From: a virus
DNA: 64,000 bases
Direction: 5' to 3' (one strand)
IMG/VR virus record: IMGVR_UViG_3300036979_001044
Location: 1-64,000 of that record
Under the pieces are notes generated by a model. The model was given only the letters and a program-made list of their open reading frames with translations. It was not told where the DNA came from and did no database searches. A program made the translations under genes and the position numbers. This document shows positions 1 to 9,151 of this stretch, in pieces (the stretch's first letter is position 1; every line of letters begins with the position of its first letter).

Positions 1-204
1 CTATCCGCTACCCGCAATAACTCCTGCACTCCGATCGTCACGTTCCATCTCCTTATTACGCGCCTGATCCAGCTTTCCAGCCAATTGCTTCAGTACTCCC
101 TGCTCCTCATCCGTGCAGTCAGCCAAAATGACCTCTGCATGTCGGGTCAGGCTCACCACCCGAACCAGCAATCCCAGCTCCTGGTGATCCAGATCAACCA
201 GCAT
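1..204 (-). CDS. hypothetical protein (67 aa)
   Basis: ORF overlaps the end of the upstream gene in the same minus-strand operon; no recognisable motif. Confidence 0.55.
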   Translation of the reverse strand: MLVDLDHQELGLLVRVVSLTRHAEVILADCTDEEQGVLKQLAGKLDQARNKEMERDDRSAGVIAGSG

Positions 205-844
205 GATGCCACACCCGCAAGATCTGACGCAGAGTTATTTCTGGAATAGCTCTTCCGCGCGCTGAAAAGCGCGTAGCTATTTCCAGAAAATTGCATCGAT
301 CCGTTTGCTGGCTCCAGCGTTTGAGTACCATGGTCAGTTCCTTTCCACGGATAGGCAATCCCGCACGGGAGAGGCGACGAGTGTAGCGCTGGTAGCAGCG
401 GAGACATAAACCTTGTGCATAGTGGACGCGGCTGAGCGATCCACACCAACTGCAATTGTACAACCGATGCCGTTTTCCCCAGTAATCTCCTCGCAACCAA
501 GCGATCAACTCATCAGCCTGATCTTCGCATATCAAAAACCTACCACGAGGAGAGGTTCTCTTCCATTTCTGCGCGCACGCTCGCATCGCCCGCCGAAAAT
601 GGCTCACCCCGTAGCCGGTCTCCCGAGAAAGTCGACGCAACGTATATACCCCGCGGGTCAACCCGCCCGCCCCATAGAGCCGGCGAGCTTTGTGGTAGAC
701 CGCCTGCCGAGTGCGCCCCTTGGGAGCCCCGGGCCAATCGCATCCATCGCCGGTGTGATTCTGGAACCAAGAAACCCCGTAAATACCCACCCCATGGAGC
801 AGCGCCTGTTCCTCCTGCTTGGTCCATCGCCGCCCGCGTCCCAT
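194..844 (-). CDS. DNA-binding protein: Myb/SANT-like N-terminus, HTH and CxxC..CxxC zinc finger
   Basis: RRWTKQEEQALLHGVGIYG..W...GRTRQAVYHKARRL matches the Myb repeat pattern; YTLRRLSRETGY is HTH-like; CSWC...CLRCY. Confidence 0.65.
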   Translation of the reverse strand: MGRGRRWTKQEEQALLHGVGIYGVSWFQNHTGDGCDWPGAPKGRTRQAVYHKARRLYGAGGLTRGVYTLRRLSRETGYGVSHFRRAMRACAQKWKRTSPRGRFLICEDQADELIAWLRGDYWGKRHRLYNCSWCGSLSRVHYAQGLCLRCYQRYTRRLSRAGLPIRGKELTMVLKRWSQQTDRCNFLEIATRFSARGRAIPEITLRQILRVWHHAG

Positions 845-1564
845 CTAGCAATCCTCCTCTTTATCCGCAGGCTTTTCTTCCGCGTCCCCAGCCGTTTTCT
901 TTCGTAGCTGCTCCCTCCGATGACGCAGAATGGTATCAACCGCCACCCGAGCCTCCTCCTCGGAGAGAGACGCGGCCACCCGCACCGTGTCAGTACGCAC
1001 CCCGCCATTGGATTCGTGAACCACTTCCTTGCTAACCTGCTTTTGCAACTCAGTCTCGTAATCGAGGAGTTTCAGATAAGCGGTCACCAGCCCCTCGTAG
1101 CTACCAACCCGCACCTGCTTGTCGCGGAGCTTTCCCAGAATATCGGCTCCCAGGGACTGCAACTCTTTGAGCGCGAAAAGCTGCTCGCGCATCATCCCCT
1201 GGCCGATCTTGGACTGAATCCGCTGCGAGATTCCGTCATAAAACTTCTGCCGCTTCTCTACCCAGCGATCCTCAGTGCTCCAACGGTTCATCGTATTGTG
1301 CGAAAGATCCTTGTAGAGCGGATCTTTGGCCATCTCTACAATCGTCAACCCCTCCCGGTTGGTGACATACTGAGTCTCAGCCAGCCGCCGCAGCCAAAGG
1401 TATCCAGGGATTTCCGTACCCGGCTCAGCGAGACCAACCGAAGATACCCGTACCGTCGTCGCAACACCGAACTGATTCACCACCTCCTCTTTGAGAGCCG
1501 GCCCCTTATGCTCGGCTTGAATCAGTTTTATCTTTTTCACTTTTTTGGGGTTGGCTACACCCAT
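845..1564 (-). CDS. HTH protein, possible terminase small subunit
   Basis: QYVT..LT..EMA..S.NT..RWS..D.W.EKR followed by a helical region resembles TerS-type HTH proteins; SD GGAGG upstream. Confidence 0.4.
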   Translation of the reverse strand: MGVANPKKVKKIKLIQAEHKGPALKEEVVNQFGVATTVRVSSVGLAEPGTEIPGYLWLRRLAETQYVTNREGLTIVEMAKDPLYKDLSHNTMNRWSTEDRWVEKRQKFYDGISQRIQSKIGQGMMREQLFALKELQSLGADILGKLRDKQVRVGSYEGLVTAYLKLLDYETELQKQVSKEVVHESNGGVRTDTVRVAASLSEEEARVAVDTILRHRREQLRKKTAGDAEEKPADKEEDC

Positions 1565-1832
1565 AACGTACCTCCAGGAGCCCGCGCAAACGCTCGATCA
1601 ATTCCACCTGCACCCCGCGCCAAACATCGCGCATCAACTGCTCAGTGTACACCTGCTCCAACGCGCCAGCGATCTCTCCCGCCAGCTTGAAGGTCGGAAC
1701 CACCCTCCCATCCTGAATCTCCAGTCGCGCCTCGATCTGCGCTAGACCGATTCCAGATTCTTTGGAAATGCGGAGTCGAGCCAGTTCTATCCCCTCCAGC
1801 AACACTCGTTCCACGTTGAGCAAAAAAATCAT
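1506..1832 (-). CDS. hypothetical protein
   Basis: ATGA-coupled to the RuvC stop. Confidence 0.6.
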   Translation of the reverse strand: MIFLLNVERVLLEGIELARLRISKESGIGLAQIEARLEIQDGRVVPTFKLAGEIAGALEQVYTEQLMRDVWRGVQVELIERLRGLLEVRYGCSQPQKSEKDKTDSSRA

Positions 1833-2497
1833 GGCATACCTCGCACAATTTTACGCACCCGATCGATCTCTTCCAGCACCAGGATAGCATGACCCAGCGC
1901 ATCGCCAACGTGCTCGCGGTTGCCCTTGTTCGTAGCCAAGTAGGCAACCGAAGCACCCAGTACCATCGAGGATGCCTCAGAGGCTACCTTCACCTTGGAG
2001 CCCGACTGGTTCCCGCAAAACCGACGCTTCAGGTCCTGGGGGAGGTAGGGCGCGCAGTAGAGATCCTTGCACTTCGCCCAGAACAAAATTCCTCCGTAGA
2101 CCACCGCGGTCTTCCAGCCACTCGTGGCCATCTTGTGCGGGTGATAGGCCTCAACCCCCACAGCGGTAGGGCGAAATCGTTGGCGGATCTCCTCCAGAGC
2201 CTCGTAAATATCGTCGAGCCGCCGCTGATCATCGTTGGTCACCCGCAGGTTCACCCGTTCTTTCTTCTTGGCCTTCTCGGTGCTGATCGTCTCCATGTAC
2301 AAGAGCCGGCTCGATTCCTTCGGGCCCGGTCGACCGATCACCACCACTCCCATCGAGGCAAACCCCGGGTCCAACCCCATCACCACATCCAGCCCCTGGA
2401 TCGCCTGCTCCGCCATTTTCTGGAATGGAGTCTCCTCCCCAGGCTGGGGCAAGGGCGAGGCCGGGGGTTTGGGGTTCCACAGATTCTGCACCGGCAT
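1829..2497 (-). CDS. ruvC: RuvC-like Holliday junction resolvase
   Basis: MGLDPGFASMG, RL..IY, AVGVE, G.K..V, DALGHA catalytic motifs; start uncertain (2497 or 2416). Confidence 0.85.
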   Translation of the reverse strand: MPVQNLWNPKPPASPLPQPGEETPFQKMAEQAIQGLDVVMGLDPGFASMGVVVIGRPGPKESSRLLYMETISTEKAKKKERVNLRVTNDDQRRLDDIYEALEEIRQRFRPTAVGVEAYHPHKMATSGWKTAVVYGGILFWAKCKDLYCAPYLPQDLKRRFCGNQSGSKVKVASEASSMVLGASVAYLATNKGNREHVGDALGHAILVLEEIDRVRKIVRGMP

Positions 2498-2864
2498 TCT
2501 TTCGGGCAAGGACTTCTCGGGTGACTTGGGCAAGGCCTGCCTCCGCGCGCTTGATCGTCTTCCGCGCTTCCGCGTTCGACATCTTTCGAGCGCGAAGGAA
2601 ATGGATGTTGTGGGTGACCAAAAGAACCGGGCGTTGAGTAGCCTCGTGCAGCCGCTTGCGCAGTGCCTCCGCCGCATTCTGACTGGTCGTGCTGGGTACG
2701 CTCACGATGACGTAATCATCCAGCGTTCCCTGGATAGCGTAACCCTCAGCGGGCAACAGGAGTGCGTCGAACGGGCTCACGCCGGGGGGACTCGACAAGG
2801 GCACCAGCTGGTATACCGTGTGGAGCTTGCGCTGAAGCTGGTTGGCTTTTTTGTGCAGTACCAT
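2229..2864 (-). CDS. hypothetical protein overlapping sbcC and ruvC
   Basis: Strong SD (AGAGGAGAG) before ATG at 2864; globular N-terminal half, low-complexity tail. Confidence 0.6.
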   Translation of the reverse strand: MVLHKKANQLQRKLHTVYQLVPLSSPPGVSPFDALLLPAEGYAIQGTLDDYVIVSVPSTTSQNAAEALRKRLHEATQRPVLLVTHNIHFLRARKMSNAEARKTIKRAEAGLAQVTREVLARKNAGAESVEPQTPGLALAPAWGGDSIPENGGAGDPGAGCGDGVGPGVCLDGSGGDRSTGPEGIEPALVHGDDQHREGQEERTGEPAGDQR

Positions 2865-4764
2865 AACTCTCCTCTCTGATCGCACTGCGGCGATTCTTTT
2901 TCTCGATGATGATACGTTGATCGAAAAGACCCTGCATCTCAGCGTCGTGCTCGCTCACGTAAACCGCGCCTTTTTCCTTGGCCAGTTGCTCCAGCATCTC
3001 CACCATGGCCGTCTTACCTGATCGATCCAGGTGGCGGAATACCTCGTCCAGGATGAGCAGATCATAACGCTGCTTGGCCCGGCTGGAGATCAGATGAGAA
3101 AGGCCGAAGTCGATCGGAAAAGAGATACGCTGCTTCTCCCCGCCGCTGAGCGATCGGTAGTTGCGCTCGGTGATGGTGCCGTCCGGGTTCCAGCGGCTCA
3201 CCCGCACCTCGGGGGCATTGACCAGCTTCTTTCCCCGGGTCAACCGCTGCGCCTGGAACTGCACCCAGAATACCCCGCCGGTGAGTAGCCGCACCCAACG
3301 GTTGGCCGCCTGGGTCAACTCGTGCAGCCGGGCGTCCAGGATGTAGCTCTTGAGCCCCGAAGGGCCGAAGCCCTCTTTCCAGAATTCCAGAAAACGCCGG
3401 CGCTCGGTGATCTGCTCCAACTCCGCGCGAACGGTAGCCATGGATTGCTCCAGCTCCTGGATGCGCTGGGCCACCTGGTAGACTTGAGCGGCAAACGGAT
3501 TTGACTCTCCTGCCCGCGCCTGGATCGCCTTCCAGAGCTGCTCCAGATTGCGCTGCTCCTGTTCCACCGCCAACCACTGCCCCCCCAGCAAAGTGTACCG
3601 GGTCTGAGCGGTCTCGAAATGGCGGAGCACTTGCAGATGGCGTTGCGCGGCCTCGGCGCCAGCGATCGCCACCTTGGTCTCCTCGGCGTTGAAAGCCGCC
3701 TGCGCGGCCTGCACTAGCGCGGTTGCGTTCTTGTACGCCTCCTGCATAGCCAGCACATCCTGCTCCAGCGACTGGCGAGCAGCCTGGCGCAGGCTCTCCG
3801 GAACCGGTTGCCCGCACTGGTTGCACACCTCGCCAAGGGGTTTGTGCTTGTTCAACTTCTCCTGGGCATGCTGCAAACGGTAACGGGTGACCTCGTGGGC
3901 CTTCTGCGCCTCAGTCAGTTGATCCCGAAAAGCGGGCAGAACCCTGGGGGGAACAAGCGCCCCGTCGATCTCCTTGCGCAACCGTTCCAGCTCGGCCTTG
4001 GCCGCGGGCATGTGCTCGCGCAGATGTTGCTCCTGGCGTGCCCGTTCTGCCTCACGCGCCTGGTAGTCCATCGTCCATGAGTTTACTTCCAGGGTGCGCC
4101 GTTCCTCCCATACCCTGAGCTGAGCAGAAAAGTCCTGGGACTTGAGCCCATCCAACTCGCCTTGCTGGTAGTCCAACCGCGACGTGCGCTCCACCTCGCT
4201 CTCCTTGAGCCCGGCGAGCATCGTCTTGGTGGTTTCCAGAAATAGGTCGATCTCCTCGAACTGGAGAATGCGGGTCAAGGTCTGCATGCGCTCGCCGTCG
4301 GTCGAATCGGCGTAACGGATGAGATCATTCTGCCCGAAGTAGACCGCGGCGTGAAAGGTATCGCGATCCACCCCCAGCACCCGCTCGATACGCGCCTGGG
4401 TCTCCTTCACATCGAGCGCCTGGAGATCCTCCGTCCCAACCCAGAAGCGCAGGTTGGTCTCCTTGCCCCGCGACCGCTCGATCACCACCGGCTGGCCGGC
4501 GTCGTCGGTCAGCTCCACCCGCACCTGACAGGAACGACTCTCCTCGTTGACCACCGAATCCGCGTGATCCCCGCGAGGCACCCGGCCGAACAACCCCCAG
4601 TCCAGCGAATCAAACAGGCTGCTCTTGCCCGAACCGTTGGAGTCGCATCTCGGATCATCCAGATTCCGTCCGCAGACCAGCACCAACCCTTTTCTGGAAA
4701 AAGAGAAAACGTGATCTCCAAAAAAAGGCCCGTAATTATAAATGACTACCCGGTTTATCTTCAT
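2746..4764 (-). CDS. sbcC: SbcC/Rad50/gp46-like recombination ATPase
   Basis: Walker A NGSGKSS, Q-loop, coiled coil with CNQCGQ zinc hook, signature LSGGEKQR, Walker B LILDE. Confidence 0.93.
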   Translation of the reverse strand: MKINRVVIYNYGPFFGDHVFSFSRKGLVLVCGRNLDDPRCDSNGSGKSSLFDSLDWGLFGRVPRGDHADSVVNEESRSCQVRVELTDDAGQPVVIERSRGKETNLRFWVGTEDLQALDVKETQARIERVLGVDRDTFHAAVYFGQNDLIRYADSTDGERMQTLTRILQFEEIDLFLETTKTMLAGLKESEVERTSRLDYQQGELDGLKSQDFSAQLRVWEERRTLEVNSWTMDYQAREAERARQEQHLREHMPAAKAELERLRKEIDGALVPPRVLPAFRDQLTEAQKAHEVTRYRLQHAQEKLNKHKPLGEVCNQCGQPVPESLRQAARQSLEQDVLAMQEAYKNATALVQAAQAAFNAEETKVAIAGAEAAQRHLQVLRHFETAQTRYTLLGGQWLAVEQEQRNLEQLWKAIQARAGESNPFAAQVYQVAQRIQELEQSMATVRAELEQITERRRFLEFWKEGFGPSGLKSYILDARLHELTQAANRWVRLLTGGVFWVQFQAQRLTRGKKLVNAPEVRVSRWNPDGTITERNYRSLSGGEKQRISFPIDFGLSHLISSRAKQRYDLLILDEVFRHLDRSGKTAMVEMLEQLAKEKGAVYVSEHDAEMQGLFDQRIIIEKKNRRSAIREESYGTAQKSQPASAQAPHGIPAGALVESPRREPVRRTPVAR

Positions 4765-4922
4765 GACTCGTTCTCGCTTTCGTCTTCCTCATCAGAATCG
4801 CAGGTGTCGTCTTGGCAGTCCCCCTCACCGCACCCGGGGCAGACGTGCTCCGTGCAATGAGAACATGGGGGGTTGATGTGACAGGAGCAACCCCCGCAAC
4901 CGTTAGGACATTGCGAACTCAT
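4761..4922 (-). CDS. Cys-rich 53-aa microprotein (not in ORF track)
   Basis: Manual translation MSSQCPNGCGGCSCHINPPCSHCTEHVCPGCGEGDCQDDTCDSDEEDESENES; ATGA overlaps with both neighbours. Confidence 0.8.
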   Translation of the reverse strand: MSSQCPNGCGGCSCHINPPCSHCTEHVCPGCGEGDCQDDTCDSDEEDESENES

Positions 4923-5938
4923 GGGTGCACCCCGCCAGTGATTTCCCGGTAGACGGAAAGCAACGCCTCTCGATCCATCTCCGGGGCCAGCTTTCCCACG
5001 TAGGCCCGGGCGTAGTCTTCCATCGAAGCCGTCGATGCCACCTCCAACCGTATCTCAGGATTCTGTTCCGCCGGCGCGACAATGCAACGCACCCCCAGCG
5101 CCTGTAGCTCGCGGGTGAGCGTCTCCGCGTCATAGCCAGCCCCCGACGCCACCCGGACTTCATCCCCCGCATGGATACCCAGATCCTGGATATACTCTTT
5201 GATGTGCGGAATTCCGACCGCAATCACCCCCATGGAGTCGAACTGGTGGTACCGCTTCCCCCAGACGGTATCGACCCAGAAGAACTGCTCGGTGATAGGA
5301 TTCCAACGACCATAGCCCTTGGCCTGCCCGGCCTCACTGGCATCTACCTGGTAGGGCGAACCGACGTAGATGATGTTGCCAAGCTGTTGCCGCTTGTGGA
5401 AGTGCCCACAGAGAACCAGCTTCCAGGGTTGGAACTGGCGAGGCTCCAGCCCGATCTCCCCGAGCACCCCAGGAGCCATCTCTGCCCCCTTGACCCCATG
5501 GTGCATCCAAAGCACCTGGGGTGGAGTAGCCGGCAGCCACGTAGGCTTACGGGCGATCAGCGCTTCCAGAATATCGACCGGGTCCTTTCGGTACGGAATC
5601 CACAGCCCATACTGATTCCAGGCCGGCTCAGTGATGATCTGGACCAGCGGATTGTCGGCGAAGACCTCCAGCGCATGCTCTCCGGCTCCGTTGATCTGAT
5701 CGTGATTCCCAGGAAGGAAGATCAAACTCACTTTCTCTGCCCGGAGTTTGCGCAACCAAGCGGCCACCCGGTTCTGGAGAGCCACTGGGATCTTGTAGCG
5801 GATGTGATAGAAATCACCCAAACAAGCGATCGTCCGATCGGAGTCGTCCTGGACCGCTTCCAGAATTCCCGGAAGGACCTGCTCGAATACCGTCTCCGCA
5901 GTGTCCTCGCACAGATGCAGATCAGAAAAGACGATCAT
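4919..5938 (-). CDS. sbcD: SbcD/Mre11/gp47-like metallophosphoesterase nuclease
   Basis: FSDLH, LGDFYH, PGNHD, HH, GHFH, YVGSP motifs. Confidence 0.93.
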   Translation of the reverse strand: MIVFSDLHLCEDTAETVFEQVLPGILEAVQDDSDRTIACLGDFYHIRYKIPVALQNRVAAWLRKLRAEKVSLIFLPGNHDQINGAGEHALEVFADNPLVQIITEPAWNQYGLWIPYRKDPVDILEALIARKPTWLPATPPQVLWMHHGVKGAEMAPGVLGEIGLEPRQFQPWKLVLCGHFHKRQQLGNIIYVGSPYQVDASEAGQAKGYGRWNPITEQFFWVDTVWGKRYHQFDSMGVIAVGIPHIKEYIQDLGIHAGDEVRVASGAGYDAETLTRELQALGVRCIVAPAEQNPEIRLEVASTASMEDYARAYVGKLAPEMDREALLSVYREITGGVHP

Positions 5939-6183
5939 GCTTTTCCCTTCCTGTAGAGCGGGGCGCTCTTGCCGAAGTGCCCAGCGACGTGACTGCCGTC
6001 GTTAAGAACCGCCTTCATCTGGTAGCGCTCTTTGCCGAACTTGGGTGCCGCGACGATCACCCGCACCGTGTTGCCCCCCAGGCAGTGCCCGCATAGTACC
6101 GTCGCCGTGTCCCGCTGCTCCAACGGCACCAGGTGCTCCGAGGTGAACCCGCAATCCCGGCACCGGTAATCATAAAGCGGCAT
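5935..6183 (-). CDS. FmdB-family zinc-ribbon protein
   Basis: MPLYDYRCRDCG...CGHC pattern. Confidence 0.85.
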   Translation of the reverse strand: MPLYDYRCRDCGFTSEHLVPLEQRDTATVLCGHCLGGNTVRVIVAAPKFGKERYQMKAVLNDGSHVAGHFGKSAPLYRKGKA

Positions 6184-6192
6184 CTGCCCTCC

Positions 6193-7329
6193 TCACCCGA
6201 GCGACTGATAGACCGAAATCAGCCGCGGAAATAGCGTCGGATCTTCCTGGCATTTCCCAGCTAATCCGGACCAGCCCTGAAACTTCATCTCTTTCCCATC
6301 CAAATTAATCGCCGCCCAGCTCCCCGAAACGCTAACCAACTTTGCGTCGGCCAGCCGCTGGTATACGCTCCAGACATTGTTGATCCCGACTCCAGAAAGA
6401 AGGGCCACCCGGGCCTCACCCCATGGATTCCCCAGCCGGTTCTTTACCAGCTTTACCCCGACTTCTCGCCCAATGATCGATCCATCGGAGCGCTTGATCC
6501 AGCCGGCGGGGAACAGCTGCAAACGAATCGACGATAGATGCCGAATGGCCTCACCGCCATAGGTCTCACGCTTCTTGCCGACCTTGTTGGCCTTGAAGCC
6601 CATCTGGATATTCTCGTACTCGTGATTGCAGACAACGAGAGCGATCTTGGTGTTGCCCAATTTCCCAGGCAGCTGTCGACAAGCCGTCCGCAGGATCTTC
6701 GCCGCCTGCGCAGGACGTTCATTCTTCTCTAACCGGCCCTCTAGCTCATCTCGGGTCGCAGTACCGCCTAGCGCATCCCAGCCAATAACGATAGGGGTAT
6801 CCGGTGACTTTGCTTTCCAGAACTCGACCGTTTCAATGATCTTGGTCAGGATATTCTCAATGTGCAGTTGATCCCGATTGAACTCCAGATACTGAAGCCG
6901 TTTAGGATCTACCCCAATAGCATGGGAATACCTCGAATCCCGCGCTCCCTCGGAGTCGATGAGAATGCCCAATCCATCCATCTTCTGAACTGAAGCAAAT
7001 AAATGATCGAGCAAGGTGGATTTGCCGATGTGCGGCGGACCGAAAATCTCGGTTGTTCGCCCACAGGGAATGCCCATCCCATTCAGCAACCGATCCAGCT
7101 CTACTGATTGCGTCGAGATATGCAAAGGCACGTTCGCGAGGCAACCCTCGTCGGCCAAAGTCAGTACCTCTACACAGCCGCTTTTACTGATCGCCTGCTC
7201 ATAGTCCGCTAGCACGTCCCGTTTGATCTTCGGCGCGCGGCTCTCAGCCCTGACTGGAGAGCGCACCGGAAATCTACGCGGCTTATTCCGCGGAACCTTG
7301 CCCGATCCTTTTGCCACATCAACTCCCAC
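6193..7329 (-). CDS. recA: RecA/UvsX recombinase
   Basis: G.P.GR.TEIFGPPHIGKST, IDSE, GG.AI.H.SS.RL, VKNR motifs. Confidence 0.93.
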   Translation of the reverse strand: MGVDVAKGSGKVPRNKPRRFPVRSPVRAESRAPKIKRDVLADYEQAISKSGCVEVLTLADEGCLANVPLHISTQSVELDRLLNGMGIPCGRTTEIFGPPHIGKSTLLDHLFASVQKMDGLGILIDSEGARDSRYSHAIGVDPKRLQYLEFNRDQLHIENILTKIIETVEFWKAKSPDTPIVIGWDALGGTATRDELEGRLEKNERPAQAAKILRTACRQLPGKLGNTKIALVVCNHEYENIQMGFKANKVGKKRETYGGEAIRHLSSIRLQLFPAGWIKRSDGSIIGREVGVKLVKNRLGNPWGEARVALLSGVGINNVWSVYQRLADAKLVSVSGSWAAINLDGKEMKFQGWSGLAGKCQEDPTLFPRLISVYQSLG

Positions 7330-9085
7330 GCAACTGCTGTGACAGTTCCGCTAGACTCGGAGGAGCCACCACCGGTGGTGCCGGAGGAGGCATTCCCGCA
7401 ACTGGCATGCTGCTACCCTGCATCTGCTGAGCAACTCCCGCGCACTGCTCCCGGAGGCCAGGCATGCACTCCTGGCAATAGCGGTCCTGGGGGGAGCACC
7501 GCCCGAAACAACGCTCCCGCCCACCAGGCAAAGCCATCCCAGGCGGCAGAGGGTAGGGGATAGCCCCCACTGTCTGCGCGTTAGCCATCTGCGAGAGAGG
7601 TGGCGGAGGAGGCACCCCCGGGTAACCCCCCGGGCCGGGTTGTGGGGCGTAAGGATTCCCAGCCGGAAGCGGTGCCGATTGCACTGGCGGAGGCATCGGC
7701 ATAGGCGGTGGAGCGCTCGCCGGTATCGACCCGGGAACCGGCGGTGGTGGCATTCCGAAAAATCCCGGGGGCGGGGGCGGAGGCGGAGGTTGCATTCCAG
7801 AAAATGCGGAGGGTGGAGGTTGCATTCCAGAAACTACCGGAGGCGGAGGTGCAAAATTCCCCGGAGGGGGCATCGCCTGTTGCGGGTAGAAATTGGGGGG
7901 CGCAGGAGCCTGCCCAGCACCAACTCCCTGGGCCCCGAATGTCTGCTGGTAGGGTTGAGCCATCATCGGCGGCGGCATGGCCACCGGAGCAGTTGGCGAT
8001 CCCACCGGATAGGGATTGGAATAGGGGTTTGGCCCCACCGGAGACATCGGAGCCCCAGGCATCGGTGCACCCATTGGCATCCCCGCCGCCTCACCCGGGA
8101 TCGGCAAACCAATCTCCTGGACAGCCCGCATCTGCTGCTCGGCGGTGTTCACCTTGTCCTCGGCGTCTAGATCCCACAACGCGCCGAGGGCCGGGTAGAA
8201 ATAAGGCGGGAGCGGCATGGGGTTCATGTCGACCACGCTGTACTCCACATCCATCTCGTTGGTCCCGGTCTTCCGCCGCTTGATCCGCATCGGCCGCCCG
8301 CTCATCGGGTGCACGATATGCAGGAGTCCGCGCTCGGCGATGAAATTCTGGATTGCCTCGTGAAGCATCGCCCCAGCTCCCAGAATGAACGGGCGCATTA
8401 CCCCACTGCGATCGATATGCCCCGTTGGGTTGTCGAGGACCGCCACATTGTAGAGATACTGCGTCCGGGTCTTCCCGTAGTCCTTGGCTCGCTTTTGCAT
8501 CATCATGTCGGACGAATTGATGGCCAAGTCCCGGGCTTTACAGATGAAACAACTCTCCGGTCCCGGGCAGTTCAGGCTCGATCCCCGCGGATGCTGAAAA
8601 GATCGCCAAAAATGCGACCGCACCCGCCGGTAGATGTTCCTCCCCGGCGCCCAAGCTGGTAGCAGATAAATCTGGAGAGCGACCTCATAACCAACCGGAA
8701 CATCATTGCCCCACTTCGGTTGACCCCCCGGGCCAGGAAACTTCACGTACTGCGCCCGAGATCCCCCACTCCTAGCCGCCTCCTCCTGGTACTCGCGGAA
8801 AGAAGCCCGGACCATCTCTTCATCGGGCATGTGAAAGGCCGGAACTCCTCCGGGCATCGTAAAAGTCGACGCCGGAGCCGCTAGAGGTGCGCCCCCGGGG
8901 TAGCCCGGAGGAGTGGCCGGGAACGGGGATGGAGCTGCCCCCGGGTACCCAGGAGCAACTGCCGACGGATAGCTGGGAGCCATCGCGGGGTAAGGCCCCG
9001 GTGCCGTAGGGGCAGGTACCGGAGCGTAACTAGGCCATTGAAAAGGCGCCGGGGGGTACCCGGCGGGATTCCCAAATTGATTCAT
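7319..9085 (-). CDS. gp32-like ssDNA-binding protein with long Pro-rich extensions and C-terminal Cys cluster
   Basis: Core H..C....C..C, YLYNVAVLD, G..M.IKR..TG....YS pattern of phage SSBs; located next to recA and a UvsY-like gene. Confidence 0.7.
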   Translation of the reverse strand: MNQFGNPAGYPPAPFQWPSYAPVPAPTAPGPYPAMAPSYPSAVAPGYPGAAPSPFPATPPGYPGGAPLAAPASTFTMPGGVPAFHMPDEEMVRASFREYQEEAARSGGSRAQYVKFPGPGGQPKWGNDVPVGYEVALQIYLLPAWAPGRNIYRRVRSHFWRSFQHPRGSSLNCPGPESCFICKARDLAINSSDMMMQKRAKDYGKTRTQYLYNVAVLDNPTGHIDRSGVMRPFILGAGAMLHEAIQNFIAERGLLHIVHPMSGRPMRIKRRKTGTNEMDVEYSVVDMNPMPLPPYFYPALGALWDLDAEDKVNTAEQQMRAVQEIGLPIPGEAAGMPMGAPMPGAPMSPVGPNPYSNPYPVGSPTAPVAMPPPMMAQPYQQTFGAQGVGAGQAPAPPNFYPQQAMPPPGNFAPPPPVVSGMQPPPSAFSGMQPPPPPPPPGFFGMPPPPVPGSIPASAPPPMPMPPPVQSAPLPAGNPYAPQPGPGGYPGVPPPPPLSQMANAQTVGAIPYPLPPGMALPGGRERCFGRCSPQDRYCQECMPGLREQCAGVAQQMQGSSMPVAGMPPPAPPVVAPPSLAELSQQLRGS

Positions 9086-9102
9086 GTTTGCTACCTCCAT
9101 GG

Positions 9103-9134
9103 GTTAAATACTGGCGATACGACCAAATTGCTAA
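9103..9134 (-). promoter_or_regulatory. putative phage promoter TTAGCAA-N11-CGCCAGTATTTAAC
   Basis: Identical bipartite motif at 22132-22163; intergenic, upstream of the SSB gene. Confidence 0.6.
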
Positions 9135-9151
9135 GACACCTAGCGAAAAAC

